Positions 38,699 through 48,477 are shown, numbered from the stretch's first letter. The stretch is DNA of 64,000 bases from an uncultured archaeon (GCA_964540145.1 CAZILS010000003.1:41799-105798), one strand, 5' to 3'. The notes: generated by a model not told the origin, from the sequence alone. Numbers and translations are program-made.

Positions 38699-38773
38699 GG
38701 GGGGGTAGTCTAGCCTGGACCAGGACTCTACCTTGGGGTGGTAGCAACCCGAGTTCAAATCTCGGCCCTCCCA
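38699..38773 (+). tRNA. tRNA-Pro(GGG)
   Basis: GGGGGGG/CCCTCCC; CTACC-TTGGGGT-GGTAG; CCGAG-TTCAAAT-CTCGG. Confidence 0.93.
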
Positions 38774-38856
38774 ATCTGTCACGCCCGGATAATGCGGGGC
38801 CTATACTCCGCTTTTGGCACAGTATAGGCCGAGCGTCCCCTTTCAGGGGACGCATT
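38774..38856 (+). ncRNA. Putative structured tRNA-Pro trailer element, copy 2
   Basis: Same three-hairpin layout as 37850..37927. Confidence 0.6.
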
Positions 38857-38908
38857 CACATTGGCTGGCGCACCCTTTTATAGGGGAAAAGCCATAGAGG
38901 ATACGAAA

Positions 38909-39706
38909 ATGAAAATAGGGTTCATAGGTTCGGGAAAGATGGCGGAAGCCCTGATTCGAAGCTTCCTGGACAGCGGCACCGCCGTAAAGGAAGAGATTTT
39001 CATTTCCGACAAATCCAAAGAAAGGCTCAACTTCCTTTCAAAGGAGCTAGGGGTTAACACAGCCTCAACTAATATTGAAGCTGTTGAGAGCGCCGACACA
39101 ATTTTCCTCTCTGTCAAGCCCCGGGATATGGAAACTGTGCTGAAGGAAATTTCAGGGAATGCAAAGGGAAAGCTGTTCATTTCAATAGCTGCGGGCATAA
39201 CGCTTTCATTCATTGAAAACTATTTGGAAAATGCGAAGGTTGTGAGGGTAATGCCCAACCTGAACATTCTGGTCGGGGAAGGGATTTCCTGTTACTCCTT
39301 GGGGAAGGGGTGCGGCAGAGATGATGAAAGTTCCGTTGGCAACCTGCTTGCAGTTGTTGGGAAAGTGATTAAGGTTGAGGAGAAGAAGCTTGATGCTGTT
39401 ACCGCCCTTTCCGGGTCGGGGCCTGCCTTCTATGCCCTGGTTATGGATGCATTTGCCAAGGCAGGCATTGAACAGGGCCTTAACAGCGAGGAAGCCTACC
39501 TCCTCGCGGAGCAGACCGCACTTGGAACAGCCAAGCTCCTCATGGTCCGGAAAATGGGGACAATGGAGCTTATCGATGCGGTTGCCTCTAAGGGAGGAAC
39601 GACCGAGGCAGGCCTTAACGCGCTTGACCAAACCGTTTTGAGAAAGGAAATTTCCAAGGCTGTTGCGGCAGCGAAGAAAAGAGCGGGGGAGCTCGGCAAT
39701 GGCTAG
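38909..39706 (+). CDS. proC: Pyrroline-5-carboxylate reductase
   Basis: IGFIGSGKM, SVKP, RVMPN, TALSGSGPA, SKGGTT. Confidence 0.95.
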   Translation: MKIGFIGSGKMAEALIRSFLDSGTAVKEEIFISDKSKERLNFLSKELGVNTASTNIEAVESADTIFLSVKPRDMETVLKEISGNAKGKLFISIAAGITLSFIENYLENAKVVRVMPNLNILVGEGISCYSLGKGCGRDDESSVGNLLAVVGKVIKVEEKKLDAVTALSGSGPAFYALVMDAFAKAGIEQGLNSEEAYLLAEQTALGTAKLLMVRKMGTMELIDAVASKGGTTEAGLNALDQTVLRKEISKAVAAAKKRAGELGNG

Positions 39707-40946
39707 CGTAAAGGCGCTTGCGGAGAGGGCAAAACAGGCATCCTATGAACTCATGCTTGCAACATCCGATGAGAAGAACAACGCATTGAAGAAAATAGCG
39801 GAAAAGCTGGTTGCAAACACCGGCGAAATCCTTGCGGAGAATGCGAAGGACGTCAATGCTGCCGAGGCGGCGGGAACAAAGGCATCCTTGGTTGACAGGC
39901 TCGCGCTTTCCAAGGAAAGGATTGAGGGCATGGCGAAGGACATTGAAGGGGTTATTGCCCTTGAGGACCCTGTCGGAACTGTGGTCGATGAAAGGGAACT
40001 TTACAACGGTTTGCGGCTTGAGAAGGCCAGGGTGCCTTTGGGAGTAGTCGGCATAATATACGAGAGCAGGCCCAACGTGACAATCGACGCAGCCGTGCTC
40101 TGTATAAAGGCGGGAAATCCCATTGTCCTTAGGGGAGGTTCCGATGCAATCAACTCAAACAGGGTTTTGGTTCGTGTTCTCAAGGATGGGCTGAAAGAGG
40201 CAGGCCTTTCGCAGGAAATTGTGCAGTTCATCGACTCGGCCGACAGGGAGAAAGTCGGGGAACTTCTTTCGCTGCACGGCTTGGTTGACGTCATTATCCC
40301 GAGGGGCAGCCGCACCCTGATAAATTTCGTTGTGCAAAACTCAAAAGTCCCTGTCATCGAGACAGGGGAAGGCAACTGCCACATCTATGTGGATGAGAAG
40401 GCGGATTTGGGCAAGGCATATCCCATAGTCATTAACGCAAAAACCCAGAGGCCCGGGGTGTGCAATGCGGTTGAGCACTTGCTTGTGCATAAGGGCGTTG
40501 CGGGAAACTTCCTTCCCGAGATGGCAAAAAAACTTTCCGGAAAGGGCGTTGAGGTACGAGGCTGCGAAAAAACAAGGAAGATTGTTTCAGGAATCAAGGA
40601 TGCGGGCGATGCCGATTGGGATGAGGAATACCTTGATTTGATAATCGGCATAAAGGTTGTTTCATCTTTGGATGAGGCGGTTAAACACATAAACAAATAC
40701 TCGACACACCACTCCGACGCTATACTTACCGAGGACAGGGAAAGCGCGGAGAGGTTTTTGAGGGGGGTGGACAGCGCCGCAGTCTATTCCAACGCCTCAA
40801 CAAGGTTTACCGACGGCGCTCAATTTGGCATGGGCGCGGAGATAGGCATAAGCACACAGAAGCTCCACGCCCGCGGGCCGATGGGCGTTAATGAGCTTAC
40901 CTCGGCAAAGTTTGTTATAAGGGGACAAGGGCAAATAAGGGAGTGA
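39699..40946 (+). CDS. proA: Gamma-glutamyl phosphate reductase
   Basis: PLGVVGIIYESRPNVT, GVCNA, NASTRFTDG, EIGISTQKLHARGP. Confidence 0.97.
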   Translation: MASVKALAERAKQASYELMLATSDEKNNALKKIAEKLVANTGEILAENAKDVNAAEAAGTKASLVDRLALSKERIEGMAKDIEGVIALEDPVGTVVDERELYNGLRLEKARVPLGVVGIIYESRPNVTIDAAVLCIKAGNPIVLRGGSDAINSNRVLVRVLKDGLKEAGLSQEIVQFIDSADREKVGELLSLHGLVDVIIPRGSRTLINFVVQNSKVPVIETGEGNCHIYVDEKADLGKAYPIVINAKTQRPGVCNAVEHLLVHKGVAGNFLPEMAKKLSGKGVEVRGCEKTRKIVSGIKDAGDADWDEEYLDLIIGIKVVSSLDEAVKHINKYSTHHSDAILTEDRESAERFLRGVDSAAVYSNASTRFTDGAQFGMGAEIGISTQKLHARGPMGVNELTSAKFVIRGQGQIRE

Positions 40947-40950
40947 GGCT

Positions 40951-41730
40951 GTGAAAAAGATAGAAAAAGCAAAAACAATAGTTGTCAAGATAGGAACCCA
41001 GGTTCTGATGGGAAAGAAAGGGATAGACCGCAGGCTGGTCAATAACCTCGCTTCCGAGGTTTCCTCGCTGCAGAAGAAAGGGCATAAGTTCGTGATTGTG
41101 ACTTCCGGGGCTGTGGGGATGGGCCTGGAGAGGCTCGGCAAGAAGAAAGCAAACTCCCTTAGCATGCAGCAGGCATCTGCGGCAATAGGCCAGAGCAGGC
41201 TTATGGGGGCATACGACAAGGCATTCGAAAAGCACAGGCAGCCTATAGCGCAAATCCTCCTTAGCAGTTACACTTTCGAGAACAAGGTTATGGCAAAAAA
41301 CCTCGGGGCAACGGTGAAAGAACTGATGAAGCTGAATGTTATCCCCATAATCAACGAGAACGATGCGGTCTCGACTGCGGAGCTCAGCACAGCCAAGGGA
41401 TTTTCGGACAATGACACCTTGGCTGCGCTTGTCGCTAAAAATTTCAGCGCCGACCTTTTGGTTGTGTTCACAAACGTAGATGGTTTGTATTCGGACGACC
41501 CCGTGAAAAATCCCGATGCGAGGAAAATAACCGAGGTGAGGGGCGTAGGGAACGTGATGAAGTACGCCTGCGGCGGGAAATCGGCTTTCGGCAGGGGCGG
41601 CTTCGGGTCAAAGCTCTGCGCAATCGGTTTCGTAAATAGAAAAGGCATACCCGCGGTTGTCTGCAGGCCCGGGAAGAACATTATAAAAGACATATTAAAG
41701 GGAAAGGAGATAGGAACGAGATTTATATAG
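40951..41730 (+). CDS. proB: Glutamate 5-kinase (no PUA domain)
   Basis: VVKIGT, VTSGAV, AAIGQ, INEND, SDND. Confidence 0.93.
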   Translation: MKKIEKAKTIVVKIGTQVLMGKKGIDRRLVNNLASEVSSLQKKGHKFVIVTSGAVGMGLERLGKKKANSLSMQQASAAIGQSRLMGAYDKAFEKHRQPIAQILLSSYTFENKVMAKNLGATVKELMKLNVIPIINENDAVSTAELSTAKGFSDNDTLAALVAKNFSADLLVVFTNVDGLYSDDPVKNPDARKITEVRGVGNVMKYACGGKSAFGRGGFGSKLCAIGFVNRKGIPAVVCRPGKNIIKDILKGKEIGTRFI

Positions 41731-41738
41731 GTGGAGAA

Positions 41739-43199
41739 ATGGCCGAGGAAAAAATAACCTTCAACATCGACAAGGAAAAGGATTTTTCCAACTGGTTCAC
41801 GGAAATAATAAAGGCTGCGGAGCTCGCGGATATCCGGTACAATGTAAAAGGCTTCCTTGTTTTTAGGGAGTGGTCGGTTTGGTCGATGGAGGCGATGTAC
41901 TCCCTTTATGAGAAGGCACTGCAGAGGAAAGGGCACAGGCCGATGTGGTTCCCTGCAGTAATCCCGGAAAGCAATTTCACGCTGGAGGGAGAGCATGTCG
42001 AGGGCTTCACCCCCGAGGTGTTCTGGATAACGGAGCACGGTGCGGGAGAAAAATTCGAGGAGAAGCTCGCTCTTCGGCCGACCTCTGAAACCGCAATGTA
42101 CAGGATGTACTCAACATGGATACGCTCCTACAACGATTTGCCGTTCAAGGCATACCAGCGCGCGCAGGTATGGAGATATGAGACAAAGGCCACAAGGCCT
42201 TTCCTAAGGGGCAGGGAATTCCATTGGATAGAGGCCCACGATGTTTTCGCAACTAAAGAAGATGCGGAGGCGCAGGTTCGCGAGGACATGCAGACTGCGG
42301 AGGAAATTATGCACCAAAAGTTCGGCATACCCTTCATATTTTTCGAGAGGCCCCAATGGGACAAGTTTCCGGGGGCAGAAAACACATATGGGGCAGACAC
42401 AATAACTCCGGGAGGGAGGGTTATCCAGCAGCCCTCAACACACCTGCTCGGGCAGAACTTCTCAAAGCCGTTCAATGTGAAGTTCGTTGACAAGGACGGG
42501 AAGGAGAAATTTGCGTATATCACATGCTATGGCCCCTGTATTTCGAGAATGTTTGCGAGTGTCATGGCAACCCACGGGGACAGCAAAGGCCTGAGGTTCC
42601 CGTTTGAGATTGCGCCCATGCAGGCCATCCTTGTTCCAATCGCTTTGAACAAGACAAAGAAGGGTTTGGAGAAGGCGAATGAACTGAAGGAAAAGCTTCT
42701 GGACGCGGGTTACAGGGCGGCGGTTGATGCAAGGGATTTAATGCCCGGAGAAAAGTTCTACCACTGGGAGATGAAGGGAGTTCCGATAAGGCTGGAGATC
42801 GGCCCAAAAGAGGTGGAGAAGAAACAGCTTACGGTTTACAGGCGCGACCTCGGCAAAAAGGAAACCATACCTGAGAAGAGCCTCCTTTCCTACATCGGGA
42901 AGGCCTCTGCCGAGATAACCGAAAACCTAAGGAATGAAGCCGACAAAAAATTCAAGAATGTCATTAAAGACGCAAAGACAAAGGCCGAGGTGAAGGAAAT
43001 CGTTTCAGGGAAGGGAATAGCGAGAATAAACTTCTGCACAACTTCACTTGAGGGGAAGGCCTGCGCCGAAACCATAGAGAAGGAAATCGGGGCCAAAGTC
43101 CGAGGCACAAGGATAGACAAGAAGGAAAAGGCGAATGGAAAATGTCTCTTCTGCGGAAAGAAGGCGAATGTTGTCGCATATGTGGCCAAGGAATATTAG
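41739..43199 (+). CDS. proS: Prolyl-tRNA synthetase (archaeal/eukaryal type)
   Basis: ALRPTSET, PFLRGREFHW.E.H, WEMKGVPIR.EIGP, C-terminal Zn domain ending in Y. Confidence 0.97.
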   Translation: MAEEKITFNIDKEKDFSNWFTEIIKAAELADIRYNVKGFLVFREWSVWSMEAMYSLYEKALQRKGHRPMWFPAVIPESNFTLEGEHVEGFTPEVFWITEHGAGEKFEEKLALRPTSETAMYRMYSTWIRSYNDLPFKAYQRAQVWRYETKATRPFLRGREFHWIEAHDVFATKEDAEAQVREDMQTAEEIMHQKFGIPFIFFERPQWDKFPGAENTYGADTITPGGRVIQQPSTHLLGQNFSKPFNVKFVDKDGKEKFAYITCYGPCISRMFASVMATHGDSKGLRFPFEIAPMQAILVPIALNKTKKGLEKANELKEKLLDAGYRAAVDARDLMPGEKFYHWEMKGVPIRLEIGPKEVEKKQLTVYRRDLGKKETIPEKSLLSYIGKASAEITENLRNEADKKFKNVIKDAKTKAEVKEIVSGKGIARINFCTTSLEGKACAETIEKEIGAKVRGTRIDKKEKANGKCLFCGKKANVVAYVAKEY

Positions 43200-43203
43200 C
43201 CGT

Positions 43204-43244
43204 TACTTGCGGCAGGCACGGCGCCTACATGCGGCAGGCGTGGC
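43204..43244. repeat. Imperfect 19-nt tandem repeat TAC(T/A)TGCGGCAGGC(AC/GT)GGC
   Basis: 43204-43222 and 43226-43244, 16/19 identical, between convergent proS and aroB. Confidence 0.7.
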
Positions 43245-43265
43245 CCGCCTTGGAGAGGTTCGCAT

Positions 43266-44372
43266 TCATCGGCACAGGTTCAGCGCTTTCAACACAACCT
43301 TATTATCGATGTAATCTGCGTAAGCTCCCCTGAAGCTTTTTACCTTTCCGATCCCCGAAAGCATGACAAACCTCGCCTTCCCTTTCTTCGCCTTCTTGTC
43401 AAGGGACATTGCCCTCAGTATCCGGGTGTTCCTTATTTCTTTGGGAACTTTTGCCCTAAGCCCGGCCTTTTTGAAAAGCGCCTCATACCTCTCAACCTCG
43501 CTTTCTTTGAGGTATTTTTTCATAACCCCGATTTTTCCCGCGGCAACACATCCTGCGGCAACAGCCTCGCCGTGCGCAACCCTGTAATTGCTTACCTGCT
43601 CAATCGCATGCCCTATGGTGTGGCCGTAGTTCAAAACTCTTCTCAATCCCTTCTCTTCAGGGTCTTTCTCGACAACCTTTCCCTTAATCTTTACATTCCG
43701 GCCGGCAACCTTAGCGAGCACTTTCATATCCCTCTTCAGGATTTTATCCATGTTCTTCTCAAGGTAATTGAAAAACTTTTTGTCCATGATAAGCGCATGC
43801 TTTATGCTCTCCGCCAGGCCGTTCCTCATCTCCCTGTCGGGAAGGCTTTTCAATGCGTTCATGCCCATGAACACAGCCTTCGGCTGCCAGAATGCCCCGG
43901 CCATGTTCTTGGCAAGGCCTGTATCTACTCCTGTCTTTCCCCCGACAGATGAGTCTGCCATTGCGAGCAGTGTTGTAGGAACCTGAACAAAAGGAATTCC
44001 CCTTGCGTAAGTAGCCGCAGTGAAACCGGCAAGGTCCCCTACAACCCCCCCTCCCAGGGCAACAACCGCACTATCCCTCCCATAGCCGTGCTTTGCCATG
44101 GCCTCGATAACCGCTTCGGCAGTCGCCAGTGTCTTTGACTTTTCCCCCGCCCTGAACACAAGGACATCGTTTTGCAGGCCTTTCCTGCCCATCTCTTTGG
44201 AGAACTTATCCGCATAAAGTTTTGCAACATTAGAATCAGTTATGACCGCATACTTCGAAGCCTTCATGTTCTTCTTTATCCATGCTGCGGCCTTCGCAAA
44301 AACATGCGTGTCTATAAAGATGTCATAGGAGAAATCCTTCACCGACTTTAGGGTTATCTTTCGTTTTATCAT
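43266..44372 (-). CDS. aroB: 3-dehydroquinate synthase (AroB family)
   Basis: GEKSK, LGGGVVGDL, PTTLLAMADSSVGGKT, LNYGHTIGHA, HGEAV. Confidence 0.92.
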   Translation of the reverse strand: MIKRKITLKSVKDFSYDIFIDTHVFAKAAAWIKKNMKASKYAVITDSNVAKLYADKFSKEMGRKGLQNDVLVFRAGEKSKTLATAEAVIEAMAKHGYGRDSAVVALGGGVVGDLAGFTAATYARGIPFVQVPTTLLAMADSSVGGKTGVDTGLAKNMAGAFWQPKAVFMGMNALKSLPDREMRNGLAESIKHALIMDKKFFNYLEKNMDKILKRDMKVLAKVAGRNVKIKGKVVEKDPEEKGLRRVLNYGHTIGHAIEQVSNYRVAHGEAVAAGCVAAGKIGVMKKYLKESEVERYEALFKKAGLRAKVPKEIRNTRILRAMSLDKKAKKGKARFVMLSGIGKVKSFRGAYADYIDNKVVLKALNLCR

Positions 44373-44434
44373 CCCTGAATCCGATATCCTATGAGCCGAA
44401 AACTATTTATTCAGGATTTCCCTTATTCTCCAGA

Positions 44435-46138
44435 ATGCGCCCCGCATTATTTATGGCTATTGCACTGCTGCTTGTTTCACACAGCGCTGTTTCCGCAAGC
44501 CTGTCAATAACCTCGCAGCCTGAACAGCCCTACTCAACCTCAACACAGCCGTATTCCCTTACCTCAATCCTTTCCCTCACAAACCTTTCATGCGAGGAAG
44601 GAAGCCAATACCGGCTGAGGGCAAATATCCCTGTTTGGTATTCGCAGCTCTCCCTAAGTGACATAAATGCCCACACCAAACAGGATGAAAACACTTTCGT
44701 TGCCGTAAAATGCGCAATCGACAACAGGCTCGTCAGCTGCTATGCTTATGAGGATGGCACTCCCCTCCTTGGCCTCAACAACATTTATGTTTCGTTCTCC
44801 CTTGAAACCGGCACAGGCGGAAATCCAATAAGAGAGGAACAATGGAGCGCAGACATCGAATGTGAATTTGGCTTGGAAAAGAACATCGAAACCCTTGCCG
44901 CAACCCTTTCTTTTGCATCGCCTTCAATAGAATTTTCAATCCCGGGGGGAGGGCAGGCATCGGGCACAATGGAGATAGAGGTCAATGAGCTGGAAGGAAT
45001 ACCGCACTACATTCGCTTTGCATTCGAACACCCCGAAACAACAATCCCGGAGCAGGCGGACTCAATAAGGCACAATGGGTGGAAGGCAAGCCTTGATTTG
45101 GAGGCCTTGCCCGAAGGCCCCCTAACAATTTACGCATACCCCTGCGACAACAAAATGAACTGCGGTTTGCCCATAGAGAAAGGAGTCGAGGTTGTGCATG
45201 TTGAGGAACCTCCTGAGACAGAGCCCGAAGAACCAACCGAACCAGCCGGTGAGAAAGCATCGGAAACCGGTGAAGTGCCTCCTGAAGAACCGGCTGAACC
45301 AGGCGAGGTTCCTGATTCCGGAAACAAAGCGCCGCAGATAGCAACCCTTTCAATTAACCTTGACGAAATATTCGACGGAAATGAGGTAAGGTTCCGCGCA
45401 GAAGTAATTGATGAAAACCCGCAAGCCCTAACCTATTCCTGGAACTTTGGGGACGGCACAGCCTCCGATGAGAAGGAGCCAACACACACCTACTCCCTCG
45501 GCAACACGGAAAGCGTTGAGGTGGATATTTCCCTCACGGTTTCGGACGGGGAGAAGGAAACAGCCTCGGAAATGACGGTTACAATCCTCCCGCTGCCTGC
45601 GGCAGCATCTCCCCCTGAAGGGAACAGGGAAGAAGAGCCGCCCCCCGGAGAAACCGAACCGCCCGCAGAAAGCGAGAAACCGTTATTTCAATTCTATTTC
45701 ACGGACATATTGGCAGGGGCAGCCCTTGCCGTTCTCGCTGTGCTTGCTTTCTTCGCATACCAAAACAGGGAGAGGGTTCTCACAGCACTGAAAAAAACGA
45801 AGGAAAAACTTTCCGGAGCGGGGAAGAAAATCGCATCCTCAATATCGGCTCTTGCCGCGAAAATAAAACTCCCAAAACCAAAAGAGAAACTTCCCGAAAC
45901 CGAACAGGCAAACCTCGGCAAATACGCCGAACTGAGAACAGAAACTGAAATTTCCTCAAGGCTCGACACAGGAATCTCAGGAAGCGAGCAGGAAGAAATC
46001 AAAAGGCTTGTCTTCCTGCTCAAGGGAAAGAGTAGGCGCTATTCCAGAGAGGAAATAACAACGGTTTTGCTCGGCGAGGGCTATTCCGAAAGGGTCGTTG
46101 AGAAGGTAGTGAATATCCTTTTCAGGAGGCCCGGATAA
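44435..46138 (+). CDS. Exported PKD-domain surface protein with Pro/Glu-rich linkers
   Basis: Signal peptide; YSWNFGDG..PTHTY PKD motif; TM near the C-terminus. Confidence 0.8.
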   Translation: MRPALFMAIALLLVSHSAVSASLSITSQPEQPYSTSTQPYSLTSILSLTNLSCEEGSQYRLRANIPVWYSQLSLSDINAHTKQDENTFVAVKCAIDNRLVSCYAYEDGTPLLGLNNIYVSFSLETGTGGNPIREEQWSADIECEFGLEKNIETLAATLSFASPSIEFSIPGGGQASGTMEIEVNELEGIPHYIRFAFEHPETTIPEQADSIRHNGWKASLDLEALPEGPLTIYAYPCDNKMNCGLPIEKGVEVVHVEEPPETEPEEPTEPAGEKASETGEVPPEEPAEPGEVPDSGNKAPQIATLSINLDEIFDGNEVRFRAEVIDENPQALTYSWNFGDGTASDEKEPTHTYSLGNTESVEVDISLTVSDGEKETASEMTVTILPLPAAASPPEGNREEEPPPGETEPPAESEKPLFQFYFTDILAGAALAVLAVLAFFAYQNRERVLTALKKTKEKLSGAGKKIASSISALAAKIKLPKPKEKLPETEQANLGKYAELRTETEISSRLDTGISGSEQEEIKRLVFLLKGKSRRYSREEITTVLLGEGYSERVVEKVVNILFRRPG

Positions 46139-46168
46139 CCTTAAATAAAAGAAAAGCCTATTTTATGC

Positions 46169-47230
46169 ATGCCCTGGCACGCAATTGATTCGATAGAGCC
46201 CTCAATAAACAAGACAAAGGAGTTCTTCAAAGGCCCGGGCTTATTTGCAAAATGGCTCAAGCTAAGCGTTCTTGTTTTCATCTTCTCCCTCTTTTCGGGC
46301 GGAGGAGGCGGAGGAGGCGGCAGTTACTCCGGCGGAGGAGGCGGAGGAGGCAGCGGCGCAGACAGCCCCGGTTTCAATGAACTCCCATCAAAAATCCAGG
46401 AATGGGTTGGTTCAATACCCGGGGAAACCTGGGCGATGGCAGGATTCCTTATCCTTATAGGCATAATAATAATTTTCCTTCTCGGAATTGTGTTTGCGAT
46501 TATACGGAACATGTGCTTCTTCTCAATCCTTGAGAGCATAAACCTCAATGATGCCAAAATATGGGCGTACTGGAAGAAGTTCTATGGCAAGTCGGTGTCC
46601 TTGATGCTTGTCCAGCTTGTATTTGGGATTATCTCCGGAATTTTGCTGTTGCTGATGGTCATTGCGGGGCTTTCGGTTTTTTTCGGGGTTTTCGGCATCC
46701 AAAGCTCGGTTCTTGGCGGCTTTTCCGGGATAGTTCTTGGTGTGACGGCGGCAATCCTGATACTGCTTGCCGCAATCCCATTACTCGTCGTAATGGCAAT
46801 TGCCAATTACGTCCTCGGGCAGTTCGCTTCTTACTGGATGTACGTGAAGGATATGTCCGCATGGCAGGCATTCAAGAAAAGCCTCTCCCTGGTTAAGTCA
46901 AATCTTTCCCAGGTAATTGTCCTTATCTTTACGCAGTTATTTTTGGGGATTATCCTTGCTGTCATTGCGGTAATCGCATTCCTCATAATTCTGCTGCCTG
47001 TTGCAATAATAGGAATTGCGCTTGCGATTATCCTTGTTCCTTTGATTAGTTCCTCGCCGGCGTTACTTATCCCAATCATACTCTTCGCAATAATCGGAAT
47101 CATTATCTTGTCCTTTGTGGTTACCTTCATCATTACGCCTGTGCATGTGTTCTTCTTCAACTATAACCTTCTTGTGCTTAGGAAGCTCCTCGGCATTGAG
47201 AAACCTGCGCCGAAAGGCGAGAAAAAGTAG
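46169..47230 (+). CDS. Multi-pass membrane protein with poly-Gly loop
   Basis: WLKL..GGGGGGG; many TM helices. Confidence 0.8.
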   Translation: MPWHAIDSIEPSINKTKEFFKGPGLFAKWLKLSVLVFIFSLFSGGGGGGGGSYSGGGGGGGSGADSPGFNELPSKIQEWVGSIPGETWAMAGFLILIGIIIIFLLGIVFAIIRNMCFFSILESINLNDAKIWAYWKKFYGKSVSLMLVQLVFGIISGILLLLMVIAGLSVFFGVFGIQSSVLGGFSGIVLGVTAAILILLAAIPLLVVMAIANYVLGQFASYWMYVKDMSAWQAFKKSLSLVKSNLSQVIVLIFTQLFLGIILAVIAVIAFLIILLPVAIIGIALAIILVPLISSSPALLIPIILFAIIGIIILSFVVTFIITPVHVFFFNYNLLVLRKLLGIEKPAPKGEKK

Positions 47231-47231
47231 C

Positions 47232-47909
47232 TCAGCGCGCCTTTTTTACATAATCCTTGAGTTCATTCACCGTTGTCGAGCAGCCCGCATACTTGAGCGC
47301 AAATAAAACAGCATCCATTGATTCCTTAGTGTGGGGGAGAGACGGTTCCAAATATCGCCCTTCGTAGGCCAGCCCCAGCACATCAACGCTTCGTATCACG
47401 GAGATGCCGTTGAACAGCTCCCTAAGCCGGTTCAAATGCTCCTTGTCAACCCCGATATTCGCGTGCATTCTTCTCCGCAAATGGCCCTTCATCTTATTCG
47501 GCTCCTCGACAATCAGCCTTGTGTTCCTCTCGTCTATCAGTATGGCCTTTGCGCCGACCTGCTTAACCAGGGCAAGCATCTCCGCCTCGCCCCTATGGAC
47601 AATCGTCAAAGGTTTTCCCCTGATGCTGAATATCCCATTTGCCATGTGAAGAATCTCTTCGGTAAGCGCCTTCGCCTCCCCGTCAAGATTGGCAACAGCC
47701 ATCCACCCCGACTTAACACACTCCCTGATTTTCACCGCATTAAGCTCAAACCTCTTTATCCTCAACGGCCTTGTAACAGACTCCTCGTAAACCCCCTGAG
47801 GGAGAATTATCGAAGCCTTTTCCTTCTTCGAAAAACGGTGAAGCACAGGGAGCATGCAGGTCATCCCCATCGAAATCAAACTGCTTGAATCAACAACAAT
47901 ATTCGCCAT
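47232..47909 (-). CDS. PIN-domain-like protein (DUF3368-like)
   Basis: VVDSSSLI, VYEES, HRGEAE.LAL, ILIDE acidic PIN pattern. Confidence 0.7.
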   Translation of the reverse strand: MANIVVDSSSLISMGMTCMLPVLHRFSKKEKASIILPQGVYEESVTRPLRIKRFELNAVKIRECVKSGWMAVANLDGEAKALTEEILHMANGIFSIRGKPLTIVHRGEAEMLALVKQVGAKAILIDERNTRLIVEEPNKMKGHLRRRMHANIGVDKEHLNRLRELFNGISVIRSVDVLGLAYEGRYLEPSLPHTKESMDAVLFALKYAGCSTTVNELKDYVKKAR

Positions 47910-47913
47910 TAAA

Positions 47914-48477
47914 TCACTTCCCCGCTTTCCGGTTCGCCTGCCTGAACTTCCTTATCCTGTCCATTATCCCAAGGTCGCTCCTCGCTTCCTCATGTATCTT
48001 TGTCCTGCCGATATATTCCATTACCTGGGCAGGGTTGGCATCTGTCAATGCCGCGGCCTGCCTCATGCTCATTCCGGAAGCATAGGCCCTTGAGGCCTGC
48101 TTGATCCTCGCCTTGTCGGATGTCTTCTGGACATATCTTCCCAAATAGTCGTCAACAGATGCAACGTTCTTCGCTATCCTTTCCAAATCCACCTTGAAAA
48201 TCCAGAACTTCGATTTTTCGAGGGAGGCTATCCCCTTTGCAATCGCATCGGAAATCGCCTTCTTAACCTTCGGCCACTTGGGGCTCTTCACAATATGCTC
48301 TTTGCTCTCTATCTTGAGCAAAGAATAGGCAATAACGGAAATCTCCGCCAGCACCCTGTCGTTTTCCACCGCAGCCTGCTCAATCATCTCGTTGCTGAAC
48401 TTCCTCAGCTCGACTTGTTGCTCCCTCTCAAAAAGCCTTCCCATGGTCTCCATTTTCTTGACAAGGTCGGTGTACAT
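47914..48477 (-). CDS. Hypothetical protein with C-terminal HTH-like motif
   Basis: YASGMSMRQAAALT..VMEYIG. Confidence 0.65.
   Translation of the reverse strand: MYTDLVKKMETMGRLFEREQQVELRKFSNEMIEQAAVENDRVLAEISVIAYSLLKIESKEHIVKSPKWPKVKKAISDAIAKGIASLEKSKFWIFKVDLERIAKNVASVDDYLGRYVQKTSDKARIKQASRAYASGMSMRQAAALTDANPAQVMEYIGRTKIHEEARSDLGIMDRIRKFRQANRKAGK

Noticed and set aside
37775-38773. Integrated element bounded by tRNA att duplications
   Set aside because: Both tRNAs are complete, different isoacceptors with different 3' halves, and there is no integrase
46298-46351. GGCGGAGGA repeats as a contingency locus
   Set aside because: In-frame poly-Gly codons of a low-complexity loop
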